Shown: positions 18,798-29,101 of the stretch, piece after piece
Layout of the letters: the number at the start of each line of letters is the position of its first letter
How positions within the stretch are numbered: position 1 is the stretch's first letter
Notes under the pieces: model-generated
Databases searched by the model: none
What the model was told of the DNA's origin: nothing
The model's input: the letters and a program-made list of their open reading frames with translations, nothing else
Translations under genes and position numbers: made by a program
Virus record (IMG/VR): IMGVR_UViG_3300032268_000694
Coordinates: 55,276-119,275 of that record
Length of the DNA: 64,000 bases
Direction: 5' to 3' (one strand)
Source: a virus

Positions 18798-19646
18798 ATG
18801 AGAATAGCGTTTTGTTTAAGTGGTCAATTAAGAACATGGAGAAATTGTTATGAATCATGGCATTTGTTATTTGAAAGATTTCAAGAACAAATAATAATAA
18901 ATGGTAATACCCAATATAGCCCTTATGTTGATGAAGTATTTGAAGTAGATTATTTTATACATACTTGGGATTTCAACACAACCCCACATTTTAAATGGGA
19001 TGTAAATTGGGATGAACCTGATCTAATAAAACTAGGAGAAATACTTAAACCATTTTATAATAGTTATACTAATATTGATAAAGCAGAAATAGAAGAAGTA
19101 TTAAACATATTAAAACCTAAAAAAACAATAGTAGAAAATTGGGAAGTGAGTAAGAATAGAGAAAAAATAATGGATGATGTAGCATCATCTCAAACAATTC
19201 ATAAACATCCTATGAAAGGTCATATAAGTTGGGCTGGTAGTCAATTATATAGTATTATGAAATGTGCTCATTTAAAAAGAGAATATGAATTAGAAAATAA
19301 ATTTGAATATGATCTTTGTATTAGATCAAGATTTGATTTAAATTTTGACGAAAATAATAAAATGATATTCACTAGAGATTTTGAAACCCCAAAACCAAAA
19401 ACAATATATTCTGTACACAGTAGAGCAATAAACCAATATCCTTTTAATATCATTGGTGATATATTTTACCTTTCAGACTCACAAACATTTGATTTATTAT
19501 CATCTATGTATGACCATATGCCTTATATTGAACAAAGTGCATTCCATGATAGGATAAAAATAGAAGAAGTAATGGCATATATTGTTAGAATGTTTCAATT
19601 AAATAATAAAGTAACCGATTTTGCCCCTACAGTAACTAGAGATTAA
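18798..19646 (+). CDS. Putative glycosyltransferase (IA.CLSGQ.R family)
   Basis: RIAFCLSGQLR, DYFIHTWD, YDLCIRSRFD and D.FY motifs. Confidence 0.6.
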   Translation: MRIAFCLSGQLRTWRNCYESWHLLFERFQEQIIINGNTQYSPYVDEVFEVDYFIHTWDFNTTPHFKWDVNWDEPDLIKLGEILKPFYNSYTNIDKAEIEEVLNILKPKKTIVENWEVSKNREKIMDDVASSQTIHKHPMKGHISWAGSQLYSIMKCAHLKREYELENKFEYDLCIRSRFDLNFDENNKMIFTRDFETPKPKTIYSVHSRAINQYPFNIIGDIFYLSDSQTFDLLSSMYDHMPYIEQSAFHDRIKIEEVMAYIVRMFQLNNKVTDFAPTVTRD

Positions 19647-19648
19647 TT

Positions 19649-20551
19649 ATGTTTGGAGAAATTAAAAAAATAGCAGTTTGTTTAAGTGGTCAATCTAGAA
19701 CTTGGCGTGTAGCTAAGGATAATATATTGAATTACTTTGATTTTAAAGATAGAGGAATACAAGTAGATTATTTTATTCATACATGGGATACTAATCAATA
19801 TAGACGTAAAAATGATATTGTATGGGTTAAACGAATAAATGAAAAGGTACCATCAACTGAAAAAGAAGATCTAATAGCTGCTTTTAACCCTGTAGCTATA
19901 GAATTAGAAGAATATAAAAGCGAAGATTACACCACTTTATGGGCAACTTTACTATATAGTTTTATGAAAAGTGTATGGTTAAAGAGAAAACATGAAGTTG
20001 AAAATGATTTTAGATATGACTTGGTAATAAGAGCAAGAACTGATATAAATTACCCACAAGAAGGTGTTTGTAATTTAAACTTCCCACTAAATAAATTTAA
20101 TATCCATCCAGTACAGCATTTAACTGGTTATTCTACAATGCCTATTATACCTAGATTCCCAAGTGAATTTAATTATCCTTGTTTTGATGATGTTTTCTTT
20201 TATTCTAACTCACCTACTATGGATATGATATCAAATTGCTATAGATGGTATAACGACATTATAAAAAATAATGGTGAATTACAATCCAAAGGAAAATACA
20301 TACAAGAATCAGCATATTGGTATGGGCCTGGAACTATACTTTACAAATACCTAATTACTCAGGGTATCCATCCTCAAGGATATAGAGCTGTTCCTTATTA
20401 TGTTGTTAGAAAAGAAGTAGAAGACTGTGGATTACACAGTATCCATAATTGGGAAGATATCCGTGATTTTTCTAAAGAATGGTATGATAATATTTTAAAT
20501 AAACAAGATAGTGTTAGTGTTTTAACTAAATATAAAAATAAAATAATATAA
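19649..20551 (+). CDS. Putative glycosyltransferase (IA.CLSGQ.R family), tandem paralog
   Basis: KIAVCLSGQSR, DYFIHTWD, YDLVIRARTD and DDVFFYS motifs. Confidence 0.6.
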   Translation: MFGEIKKIAVCLSGQSRTWRVAKDNILNYFDFKDRGIQVDYFIHTWDTNQYRRKNDIVWVKRINEKVPSTEKEDLIAAFNPVAIELEEYKSEDYTTLWATLLYSFMKSVWLKRKHEVENDFRYDLVIRARTDINYPQEGVCNLNFPLNKFNIHPVQHLTGYSTMPIIPRFPSEFNYPCFDDVFFYSNSPTMDMISNCYRWYNDIIKNNGELQSKGKYIQESAYWYGPGTILYKYLITQGIHPQGYRAVPYYVVRKEVEDCGLHSIHNWEDIRDFSKEWYDNILNKQDSVSVLTKYKNKII

Positions 20552-20552
20552 T

Positions 20553-21236
20553 ATGAGTAAGTTGTGGGTATTTGGTGATTCTTTTACAGCTGGTAATGGA
20601 TGTCTTGCTAATGAGGAATATCCTCTAAAGTACAAATTAGCTAGCGAACATTTAATATGGCCTGAAATACTCACTAAAAACTTAAATTTAGAATTAGTAA
20701 ATAAAGGTATGGGTTTATATTCCAATGATAAAATAATTGATTCCATAATAGAAGTATTTAATAATATACAACATAATGATGTTGTAATTATTCAAAAAAG
20801 TTTTGTACATAGGTTTGATATTCCAAATGAAATTGATAATGTATTATTGACAATTGCACCAAATTCAAAACATATGTTGAACTGGTATAGTAATAATAAT
20901 AATATGAAAAAAAGATATAATAAGTTTGAAATGAAAGCAATTGAATATATTGCTGTAACTATGGATAATAAATTAATACAAGAAAGACAAAATAAACGAT
21001 TTAATTTTTTAGAAAAACTAATAAAAAATAAAGGAGTTAAAAAATGTTTTGTATGGGATATTATAGAAGCAATTCAACCGGACAATTTAAAATATGAAAC
21101 AATTTTTAAAGCAACTAATGGTAAAATTAATGATGGGCATTGGTCTTATAAAGGTCATAAAGACTTTGCTGAGTATATTATAGAACAAATCGAGGAAGAA
21201 AAAATAATAACCAAACTAGTTAAAAAATTAATATAA
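20553..21236 (+). CDS. SGNH/GDSL-fold protein
   Basis: FGDSFT nucleophile block, G..SN block, C-terminal DGHWS..GH. Confidence 0.75.
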   Translation: MSKLWVFGDSFTAGNGCLANEEYPLKYKLASEHLIWPEILTKNLNLELVNKGMGLYSNDKIIDSIIEVFNNIQHNDVVIIQKSFVHRFDIPNEIDNVLLTIAPNSKHMLNWYSNNNNMKKRYNKFEMKAIEYIAVTMDNKLIQERQNKRFNFLEKLIKNKGVKKCFVWDIIEAIQPDNLKYETIFKATNGKINDGHWSYKGHKDFAEYIIEQIEEEKIITKLVKKLI

Positions 21237-22132
21237 TGGGTAAAAAATTAGAAATAATATGTGATGGAGACTCTTGGGTATTTGGATGTGAGATTGTAGG
21301 TCCTGAATTAGCAGCTAAATTCCCAGAAAATACATATCCTGGAACTTTTGATTATTATGAAGAAAATGATGCTTATAGAATACCAAGAATATTCCCAACT
21401 CATTTAGCTAAATTGATGAATGCTGAAGTAACAAACTTAGCATGGCCCGCTGATGATAATGGAACTATACTTAATAGAACTATGGTTCATATATCTAAAG
21501 AATACTTAGCAAAAGGAAAATCTACTAATAATTTATTTGTAATAATTGGATGGTCTTCCCCAGAAAGAAATATATTTTATTATAAAGACATGGAAACAAA
21601 GTATCATATTAGGTTTAGGTTATGGCCTAATGTTCAGCATTTTGATAACAAAGCACAAAAGGATTTTTGGAAAATATACGTTGAATATTTATGGAATCCT
21701 GAAGAGTATATGCCTAGATATGTTATGAATGTGTTACAATTTCAAAATTTCTGTAAGGCTCATAATATTAAATGGATGTGTTTTAATTCATTTTACCAAA
21801 CTCCAAATAAAAATATTACTGAATGGAGTGATTTAGACGTAAAAAAAGAATTAGAAAATCTCCATTCAGGAGGAGGACCTTACCATGTGTCAACTAATGA
21901 AAACTTTAATAGAGAGTATTATCAGTTTACTTATTCAGATTTGTGGAATACCGTAGATCCAATCCGATTTTATAAAAAAGATAAACCGAACAATACATTT
22001 AATAGCTTTATAAAAAAATCAAACGCCAATCCTGTATTACATGGATGGCACCCATCCCCAGAATCTCATGAATTGTGGGCTAAAGAATTAGTAAGATACA
22101 TAAATGAAAATAATTTATTAAACGAAACATAA
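21236..22132 (+). CDS. SGNH/GDSL-fold protein
   Basis: DGDSWVFG; IIGWSSPER; GWHPS..SH. Confidence 0.75.
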   Translation: MGKKLEIICDGDSWVFGCEIVGPELAAKFPENTYPGTFDYYEENDAYRIPRIFPTHLAKLMNAEVTNLAWPADDNGTILNRTMVHISKEYLAKGKSTNNLFVIIGWSSPERNIFYYKDMETKYHIRFRLWPNVQHFDNKAQKDFWKIYVEYLWNPEEYMPRYVMNVLQFQNFCKAHNIKWMCFNSFYQTPNKNITEWSDLDVKKELENLHSGGGPYHVSTNENFNREYYQFTYSDLWNTVDPIRFYKKDKPNNTFNSFIKKSNANPVLHGWHPSPESHELWAKELVRYINENNLLNET

Positions 22133-22133
22133 T

Positions 22134-22925
22134 ATGAAAAATCTAGTAATATGCGGAGATTCATTTAGTATTGGGATTGGGTGTCACGATTTATATAATG
22201 AACCTTATGGTTCTTTACTTGCTAAAAAATTAGGTCTTAATTTAATTAATTTAGCTAAAGGATCCAGTACAAATTTGTCTATATCTCTACAGGTAAAACA
22301 CGCTGTTGATAATATACCAGATATTGAATTACTTATTGTTGGTAATACATGTTATCACCGTACTGAGTGGTTTCCTGAAGATGCAAGAGAAGATAGAGAA
22401 GCTAATAATTTAAATGTTAATTACCACCAATATCCACCATATGGAGAAGGTACTTATCCTTATTTATTAGAAAATCCTATGAAAGATGATCCTAGATATA
22501 GAGGGGAAATGTTAACAGAAAATTGGTATGGTGTTATTGACTATGTTGAAAATATTTTAGATAAACATAACAATGTTAATGAATCTACATACTTCAAAAA
22601 GTTTAAAAATGAACGCCCTGAAAGAATGAGATTATTAAAGCAATATTACTTAGAATTTTTTGATGGTAGAATTCAAAGACAATATGATATGGCTGTTATT
22701 ATTAAATCTCATGTGTTATTAAAAAACAGAGGAATAAAACACTTTGTATTAACTAATGATACTGAATTTAATCAATATATTCCTAATGAAAATTTAGTGG
22801 ATGTAGATTGGGGTAAACTGTCGCAAACATATCCTGACGATTTAAAATCATTACATACTTCTTGGGAAGGCCAAAAAGCAGTGTATGAAACCATATTACG
22901 AAAATTAAATAGACCTATTATATAG
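22134..22925 (+). CDS. SGNH/GDSL-fold protein
   Basis: CGDSFS; NLAKGSSTN; SLHTS..GQ. Confidence 0.7.
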   Translation: MKNLVICGDSFSIGIGCHDLYNEPYGSLLAKKLGLNLINLAKGSSTNLSISLQVKHAVDNIPDIELLIVGNTCYHRTEWFPEDAREDREANNLNVNYHQYPPYGEGTYPYLLENPMKDDPRYRGEMLTENWYGVIDYVENILDKHNNVNESTYFKKFKNERPERMRLLKQYYLEFFDGRIQRQYDMAVIIKSHVLLKNRGIKHFVLTNDTEFNQYIPNENLVDVDWGKLSQTYPDDLKSLHTSWEGQKAVYETILRKLNRPII

Positions 22926-24340
22926 TGAAAAAATTAACACTCGTTTACGATTATATATTTCCTAATTTTGCATTACCCAATGCATTAAATCCTCAATTAG
23001 GAATGATAAACTACATTTTATCACAATATAATGATAAAGTAGTATATAGTACCTTTTTAGAAAATAATATGGATTGGTTTCAAAAGATGTTTGATAACTC
23101 TTTTGGATATAACCAAAATACAATGACTGGCTTTATTATTGAAGCTGATGTATACCAAAATAAAATTAACTATGAATATGAATCCTTATATTTTGCATTA
23201 CACCAACAAAAGAAATTTATATACCCAATAAAACCAAACCCAATATTCCAAAATTTTTGTGGAATAGTTAATCATGGAAATGATGGTACTAAAATATCTG
23301 GAGACTATTTTTGGAAGTTTATATCTAAACGAGCATTAACAGAAATTAAAAATAGGAATGGAATAATCCTAATTGACTATTCTATGGAACCTTTCATTTC
23401 ATATGGATATCACCAAATGCTTCACCAATGCTTAAAAGATTCAGAAATCGATAAAGATTCAATTTATATAATGGTTAATAGCTTTAATGCTAAAGAATTA
23501 TATGAAAGTTGGTTTCCTATTAATGAAAGACGGTATAATGTTCTTAATGTTCCTTTTTGTTTAGAACATAGTTCACATTATTATATGGATATTTTAAATA
23601 GAGGTGAAGATAAAATATTAACTCTTTCTAAATTTTTAGAAACAAAAAATACTTTAAGAAAGAATCACTTTTTAATGAAAATTAAAAACCCAAAGGAACA
23701 CAGGTTAAAAATTTTAATTTCTTTAATTGATGATAATCTTATTAATCTAGGAGATTGGTCATTTAGCGGTGAAAATTTTTCTAAAACAAATAATTTTAAA
23801 TATGCTGTTAGAAACATGGATTTGAAAAATAAAGAACATGTTATTAATATTATGGATAAAGGTCCTTATAACTTACAAAGTGAGCAAAATCTTAGTTTTA
23901 ATGATGTTAATGCCTGGACTGATAAAGAATATGCGGCTCATATTAATTCATATTTTGATATATGTTTTGAATCATTTTTTTATGATGAAAGTGAAACATT
24001 ATCCTTAACAGAAAAAATATTTAAACCAATTATCAATTTCCAACCATTTATCTTTGTTGCTACAAAAGGATCATTAAATCTATTAAGAAATTTAGGATTT
24101 AAAACATTTGAAGGATTTATAGATGAATCGTATGATGATATAGAAGATAATGATAAAAGACTATTTGCAGCATATGAACAAATTAAAAAATTATGCTCAA
24201 TGTCTAAAGAAGAAATTCATAACTGGTATTGGAGTATGGAAGAAATATTAATACATAATCATAATCATTTATTAAAAATCCATAATAATAAAATGATAAC
24301 AGAAACCGCTTTTGATACTTTATATGAACGTTGTAGATAA
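22925..24340 (+). CDS. Putative GT-B glycosyltransferase (GT10-like C-terminal domain)
   Basis: GTG start; SYFDICFES...LTEKIFKPI...QPF.....G.L..LR.LGFKTF...IDESYD. Confidence 0.6.
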   Translation: MKKLTLVYDYIFPNFALPNALNPQLGMINYILSQYNDKVVYSTFLENNMDWFQKMFDNSFGYNQNTMTGFIIEADVYQNKINYEYESLYFALHQQKKFIYPIKPNPIFQNFCGIVNHGNDGTKISGDYFWKFISKRALTEIKNRNGIILIDYSMEPFISYGYHQMLHQCLKDSEIDKDSIYIMVNSFNAKELYESWFPINERRYNVLNVPFCLEHSSHYYMDILNRGEDKILTLSKFLETKNTLRKNHFLMKIKNPKEHRLKILISLIDDNLINLGDWSFSGENFSKTNNFKYAVRNMDLKNKEHVINIMDKGPYNLQSEQNLSFNDVNAWTDKEYAAHINSYFDICFESFFYDESETLSLTEKIFKPIINFQPFIFVATKGSLNLLRNLGFKTFEGFIDESYDDIEDNDKRLFAAYEQIKKLCSMSKEEIHNWYWSMEEILIHNHNHLLKIHNNKMITETAFDTLYERCR

Positions 24341-25106
24341 CATATTAAGTAGTAATATTATACTAAATCACAAGTATATAAATAAAGAATTATATACTAT
24401 GGCCAGTGATAACAGCAATAATATTAAATATGAAATGAACGAACATGGGTATCGTTCACAATCACCTACTAACTATTCAGACTATAACATATTAACATTA
24501 GGATGTTCATGGACAATGGGGATAGGAGTCGAAAATGAGTTTATATGGCCTACTTTAGTCCATGATAAAATTAATAAAGGGACGTTATTTAATTATGGAA
24601 TGTATGGAGTGTCAACGTCGTTTATTTCAAAAACATTATTTAAATTCGTTTCATCTCAATTTATTCCTAACCTAATATTAATAATGTGGCCTGGATTTTC
24701 AAGAAGAGATTATTTAACAGACACAGGGCAATACCGAAAAATAGGTGGGTTTAGAAAAGCACATGATAAAGATCCTGTTTGGAAAAACAATGAAGAGGAC
24801 TTATTATTCCTACAGTTACGAAATGATAACCAAGATTTAATGGAATTTTGGGAAGCTTATACTTTTGTAGAGACAATATCACGATTATACGGAATAAAAA
24901 CATACCACACTATAGCTGGTTATTATTATGATGTATTTAGTGAATTAAAAACAAATTTAAATTATACAATAAATTATGATAGATTTTTTGATCCTATTGA
25001 TTGCTACAAAAATGATAAACAAGCCCAAGACAACGAACACCCAGGCCAAAAATGGCACCAAACATTCTCAGAACACTTTTACAAATTTATAGAAAATAAA
25101 ATATGA
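24312..25106 (+). CDS. SGNH-fold protein
   Basis: Y.MNEHGYRS; LGCSWTMG.G; DNEHPG..WH. The start may be ATG 24324. Confidence 0.7.
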   Translation: MILYMNVVDNILSSNIILNHKYINKELYTMASDNSNNIKYEMNEHGYRSQSPTNYSDYNILTLGCSWTMGIGVENEFIWPTLVHDKINKGTLFNYGMYGVSTSFISKTLFKFVSSQFIPNLILIMWPGFSRRDYLTDTGQYRKIGGFRKAHDKDPVWKNNEEDLLFLQLRNDNQDLMEFWEAYTFVETISRLYGIKTYHTIAGYYYDVFSELKTNLNYTINYDRFFDPIDCYKNDKQAQDNEHPGQKWHQTFSEHFYKFIENKI

Positions 25107-25534
25107 AACAAAGAAAATATCTACCAACATTAAGTGAATTAATTGATCGTTTAGCTATAGTACAACTAAAAGAAGTATTTATTCCTGAACATAAGGATGA
25201 ATATGCTAAAGAAATTCAAGATATAACTCACGATATTCAATTAGCATTAGATGAACAAAAAGAAGTTATTAATGCTGAAACAGTTAGAGCAATTATTGTA
25301 TTAGCTCAAATGAACCTACATATTTGGCATAACGAATCAAATGTTCGTAAAGGTATATCAGATGGTAATAGTTTAGAACTAACACATGGTTTAAATGGTA
25401 TTCGCAACACTGCTAAAAATAAAATACAAGAAGTAGCAGGTGGCAGAAAAGATTATAAGATTGATTGCCTAGCAGCAGATATGCAAGTATGGGAAGTTAG
25501 TTGGAATAATACCTCTCAGGATACTCAACGATAA
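25103..25534 (+). CDS. Helical hypothetical protein
   Basis: LSELIDRLAI..LK, N..IWH.E and N..RN..KNKI motifs, as seen in small proteins of glycan loci. Confidence 0.6.
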   Translation: MKQRKYLPTLSELIDRLAIVQLKEVFIPEHKDEYAKEIQDITHDIQLALDEQKEVINAETVRAIIVLAQMNLHIWHNESNVRKGISDGNSLELTHGLNGIRNTAKNKIQEVAGGRKDYKIDCLAADMQVWEVSWNNTSQDTQR

Positions 25535-26045
25535 CATTTACACCTCCATTAGCATAGGCATTTTTGTAAGTTTCTTCTATGTTTTCCCAACCTTTTAAAT
25601 TGTGAAAACGAATATGAGGACATAATGTTTTAAACTCTTCAAGATAGTTTCCTCTATGTTGGTGGCCTGGGTCTAATGGTTTGTCTGAACCTTTACCTAG
25701 ACGAATAATCATATTAACATCCCAAGAACCTCTACTCATTATGTTTAATTTATCAACATGGTTTACTAATTGGTTAGTTGCACAAATTAAAAAATCCCAA
25801 CGAGGATAAAATGTAATTACAAACGAACCTGCCATCGCTAATCCTAAACTTATTCCCATTTGTGATTCTTCCATAACAGGTACTTCAACCATTTTATGTT
25901 TGGGAACATTACCTAAGGTAGTACTCATGGGATTACCCGGCCACAATACTTGTTGACCTATAAAAATAGTATCATCTTGTTGACCTAAAAACGTCATTGA
26001 ATTAGTTAATGCGTCTTTATAGGGAGTATATTCTGGTGAACTCAT
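25497..26045 (-). CDS. TPP-enzyme E1-beta / transketolase pyrimidine-binding domain (stand-alone)
   Basis: EVPVMEESQMG..LGLA, DFL..ATNQLVN and GHQH motifs; lacks the C-terminal domain. Confidence 0.8.
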   Translation of the reverse strand: MSSPEYTPYKDALTNSMTFLGQQDDTIFIGQQVLWPGNPMSTTLGNVPKHKMVEVPVMEESQMGISLGLAMAGSFVITFYPRWDFLICATNQLVNHVDKLNIMSRGSWDVNMIIRLGKGSDKPLDPGHQHRGNYLEEFKTLCPHIRFHNLKGWENIEETYKNAYANGGVNVIVEYPERYYSN

Positions 26046-26046
26046 A

Positions 26047-27048
26047 TTATCTATTTAAAAATTTTCTTCCTGTCTTTATTTTATCTCTCCAATAGTTTAA
26101 TAAATCTAACATTGTAGTTTCATATGATATTTCTGGCTTCCAACCTGTATGGGCTCTAAATTTAGAAGTATCTGGTATCTGCAAATCAGCATCTATTGGT
26201 CTAAGTCTATCTTTATCTTTAATTATTTCTATATTGTTTAGTGATGATAATCTAACTAAATGATACAATGTTTCTTCTACAGTACATGTGTATTCACCCC
26301 CAATATTATAACATTCACCTGAGGTTGGATTAACTGTTAATAACATATAGTATGCTTTAACAGCATCTCTCACATCAGCGTATGTTCTTAATGATTGTAG
26401 ATTACCAACATATATTTTTGGTTCTTGTAATCCAGCTTCAATCATTGCTATTTGTTTAGCAAATGTAGATTCATGAAAAACATCACCACGTCTAGGACCA
26501 GTATGAGTAAACATACGAGTAATCATTATTTTCATATCATGAGCCTCAGCATAGTAACGACCAATTAAATCAGTACCTACTTTAGATATTGCATATGGTG
26601 ATGCTGGGTGGATACTACATTCTTCATTAATTGGTAATTTATCTTTAGGTACTTTACCAAATATTTCACTTGATGAACAAACATGAATTTTAGCATCTTT
26701 ATGTTTTAGTGCTTCGAGTAAATTAGTAGTACCTATAATGTTAGTTTGAAGTGTTTCAATAGGAGAAATAAAGCTAGTTTGAGGATATGATTGAGCAGCC
26801 AAATGAAAAACATAATCAGGATTTGATAATTCAACTACTCTAATAACAGAGACCATATCATTTAGATCACCATATATTAATTCAATTCTGTCTTTCTTAT
26901 TTATCCTATCAGATAAATGCTCAATATTTTCTAAATTGTCATTCCATCGACAAAAACCATAAATCTTCCAATCTGTATTTTCTATTAGAAAATCAGCAAG
27001 GTGTGATCCAACCATTCCTGTAATACCTGTAATTAAAACACTACCCAT
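26047..27048 (-). CDS. gmd: GDP-mannose 4,6-dehydratase-like SDR
   Basis: VLITGITGMVGSHLA, FHLAAQS, SSSE.FG, SPYAISK and RMFTHTGPRR; probable start ATG 27048. Confidence 0.8.
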   Translation of the reverse strand: MGSVLITGITGMVGSHLADFLIENTDWKIYGFCRWNDNLENIEHLSDRINKKDRIELIYGDLNDMVSVIRVVELSNPDYVFHLAAQSYPQTSFISPIETLQTNIIGTTNLLEALKHKDAKIHVCSSSEIFGKVPKDKLPINEECSIHPASPYAISKVGTDLIGRYYAEAHDMKIMITRMFTHTGPRRGDVFHESTFAKQIAMIEAGLQEPKIYVGNLQSLRTYADVRDAVKAYYMLLTVNPTSGECYNIGGEYTCTVEETLYHLVRLSSLNNIEIIKDKDRLRPIDADLQIPDTSKFRAHTGWKPEISYETTMLDLLNYWRDKIKTGRKFLNR

Positions 27049-27620
27049 TTTCCTGTTCCGTAGTGCGGCCACTGTTTTTCGTATTGATAATAAATAACAT
27101 TTTTTGGTATTGGTTTTTTAACTTTCCAAGTCTCAATTGTAGGAGTATTAGTAGAAACACCATTATCTTCCACTACAAATTGAACCGGTAATTTATGATT
27201 AGTAACATACTTATGCATTTCATAAAACCCACCAGTTTCAAACGCCATGTCACCTATAAAACACCACACTTTATTTTTACTCCCCTCAGTTTTAAGCTTC
27301 ATAGCAACCCCTACAGCTATTGGTATTATAGCACCAACAATTGCTGATGAATAAAAATTATGTTCTTTATTTATAATTGTAATTGAGCGTCCTGCTAAAA
27401 TTTCCTCTTCTAACCACGTTGGATTAATTCCACTCAACAATGCGTGGTAATGAGAACGCCAAGTTGAAAATACCCAATCACCTTTTTTTACCTTCTTAAA
27501 GATTTTAATTAATTGATCTTCATTACCACCACTAAGATGTACAGGCCCCTTAATTCTACCCGCTTCCCAATGATCAGCAATCATTCTTTCATAGTTGATT
27601 AAATCTTGCTTTGTATACAT
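27033..27620 (-). CDS. TPP-dependent dehydrogenase E1-alpha-like subunit (shortened)
   Basis: GPVHLSGGNE, STWRSHYHAL and GD...ETG...E....N TPP-binding motif (GDMAFE...VEDN). Confidence 0.8.
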   Translation of the reverse strand: MYTKQDLINYERMIADHWEAGRIKGPVHLSGGNEDQLIKIFKKVKKGDWVFSTWRSHYHALLSGINPTWLEEEILAGRSITIINKEHNFYSSAIVGAIIPIAVGVAMKLKTEGSKNKVWCFIGDMAFETGGFYEMHKYVTNHKLPVQFVVEDNGVSTNTPTIETWKVKKPIPKNVIYYQYEKQWPHYGTGKWVVF

Positions 27621-28166
27621 TTATTTATCTTTACTTTGTAAAATAGGATTATCTGTAGGCCATTCTATCTGAAATTCAGGATCATTCCATTTAATAACAC
27701 CATGATCAACTGAATCAACATAACCATCTTTATAGAACATATTATAATGAAATATACAATCAGTTAATGCATAATGCCCGTTAGCAAATCCAGGTGGAAC
27801 TAATACTTGTTCTCTTGTTCTTTCAGTAATAAGATATGATTCCCAATCACCATATGTAGGCGATGTTGATCTTGCATCTAATACTACTAAATATATTTCA
27901 CCCACCAATGCTTGTACTAACTTCCATGTTTTATTATCATAATGTAAACCTCTTAATACACCTTTGTATGAACGAGAAAATCTACCATGGATTGACAGTT
28001 CTTCCTTATTGTAATGTATATGATTCATTACTGGATGTTCTTCACTATGATACGTTGTGAATATTTCACCTCTAAATTCTCTAAAAATTGATGGTGTAAA
28101 TAGCGGTACTTCAAAACCAAATTTTTTGGATTCCGTAACCTTGAATTGATTCCATTTATTATTCAT
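27621..28166 (-). CDS. rmlC: dTDP-4-dehydrorhamnose 3,5-epimerase family protein
   Basis: RGEIF, S.KGVLRGLHY, KLV, D.R..SPTYG.W, VPPGFANG and I.WNDP..I.WP. Confidence 0.85.
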   Translation of the reverse strand: MNNKWNQFKVTESKKFGFEVPLFTPSIFREFRGEIFTTYHSEEHPVMNHIHYNKEELSIHGRFSRSYKGVLRGLHYDNKTWKLVQALVGEIYLVVLDARSTSPTYGDWESYLITERTREQVLVPPGFANGHYALTDCIFHYNMFYKDGYVDSVDHGVIKWNDPEFQIEWPTDNPILQSKDK

Positions 28167-28185
28167 TATGTAACTTATTTCAATT

Positions 28186-28199
28186 ATAAATATATTTAT
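28186..28199. promoter_or_regulatory. Palindrome ATAAATATATTTAT: back-to-back ATATTTAT motifs at the divergent junction
   Basis: Perfect 14-bp palindrome containing the motif on both strands, between rmlC (-) and 28221 (+). Confidence 0.65.
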
Positions 28200-28220
28200 T
28201 GCCGACTAAAATAATATATT

Positions 28221-28952
28221 ATGGTTGGTTTAATTAAAGACAATAACAAAGTTCCATTTATTTCATTAGCTGATTTTATCGACAATGATAAACTAAACGT
28301 AGCTAAACAGGAATTAGCAGCATATAAAGAAAAACAAGATAATGAAGGTGCTAAAGTATTTATCGGATATAATGGTAGCGATTGGGCAGAAGATGAATTT
28401 CAACAAAAACAAAAAGACGCGTTACCTTTAACTACAGAATACATTTCTTCATTTTGTTCTACTGTAGCACCGTTTAATATAAGATTTGAAGATGAAAATA
28501 GTAGCAACGTATTGTTACACCAAGACATGGCTCCTTTTGCTTGTGCTCCTTGGGATTCATTAATTCCTAATTATAAAGAAAGTTTAGAAGAATCAATTCA
28601 TCAACTATTAAAAGATTCTGAAGGTTTTACTATAGTTGACAATATTAAAAATGTTAATAGTGAATTTAACGGACTAGATTTTGATTATGATTCTTATCTA
28701 AAGCAAGGTGATTACTATCACGACAAAGTAAAATCAGCATATAAATTACATTTAGTTATGTCTGATACTAAAACATTATGTGTATATGATAATGTTGAAG
28801 ACAAAATCTACAACTTTACATCCCCAGCATCTGTATTTAATGCCCATGACTATCATGACACTCGCTTTGGCAGTCATGGTATCAGCATTCAATTTCCAAT
28901 GAGTCCTTATTTCTTAAAAAATGAAATTAAGGAATATTTGGAATTAGTATAA
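28221..28952 (+). CDS. Hypothetical protein, possible Fe(II)/2OG oxygenase-like
   Basis: LLHQD (HxD) and a distal FN..DYHD His. Confidence 0.4.
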   Translation: MVGLIKDNNKVPFISLADFIDNDKLNVAKQELAAYKEKQDNEGAKVFIGYNGSDWAEDEFQQKQKDALPLTTEYISSFCSTVAPFNIRFEDENSSNVLLHQDMAPFACAPWDSLIPNYKESLEESIHQLLKDSEGFTIVDNIKNVNSEFNGLDFDYDSYLKQGDYYHDKVKSAYKLHLVMSDTKTLCVYDNVEDKIYNFTSPASVFNAHDYHDTRFGSHGISIQFPMSPYFLKNEIKEYLELV

Positions 28953-28982
28953 AAATAACATATATTTAATTAAATAAAGGCT

Positions 28983-29099
28983 ATGAAAAAAATAATCAAG
29001 TGGTTTAAAGATAAACTGGATGAACGTAAACGTCAAAAACGTTTTAAAAAGAAAATTGAAGAATTAAAAAAACGCGATCCATTTATATATAATCACTAG
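28983..29099 (+). CDS. Small basic protein (38 aa) ending RDPFIYNH
   Basis: Read from sequence: MKKIIKWFKDKLDERKRQKRFKKKIEELKKRDPFIYNH*; fills the gap before the carbamoyltransferase. Confidence 0.65.
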   Translation: MKKIIKWFKDKLDERKRQKRFKKKIEELKKRDPFIYNH

Positions 29100-29101
29100 T
29101 T

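Noticed and set aside
25497-27620. Pyruvate dehydrogenase as a central-metabolism auxiliary gene
   Set aside because: Both subunits are truncated, E2/E3 are absent here, and the genes are interleaved with nucleotide-sugar enzymes.
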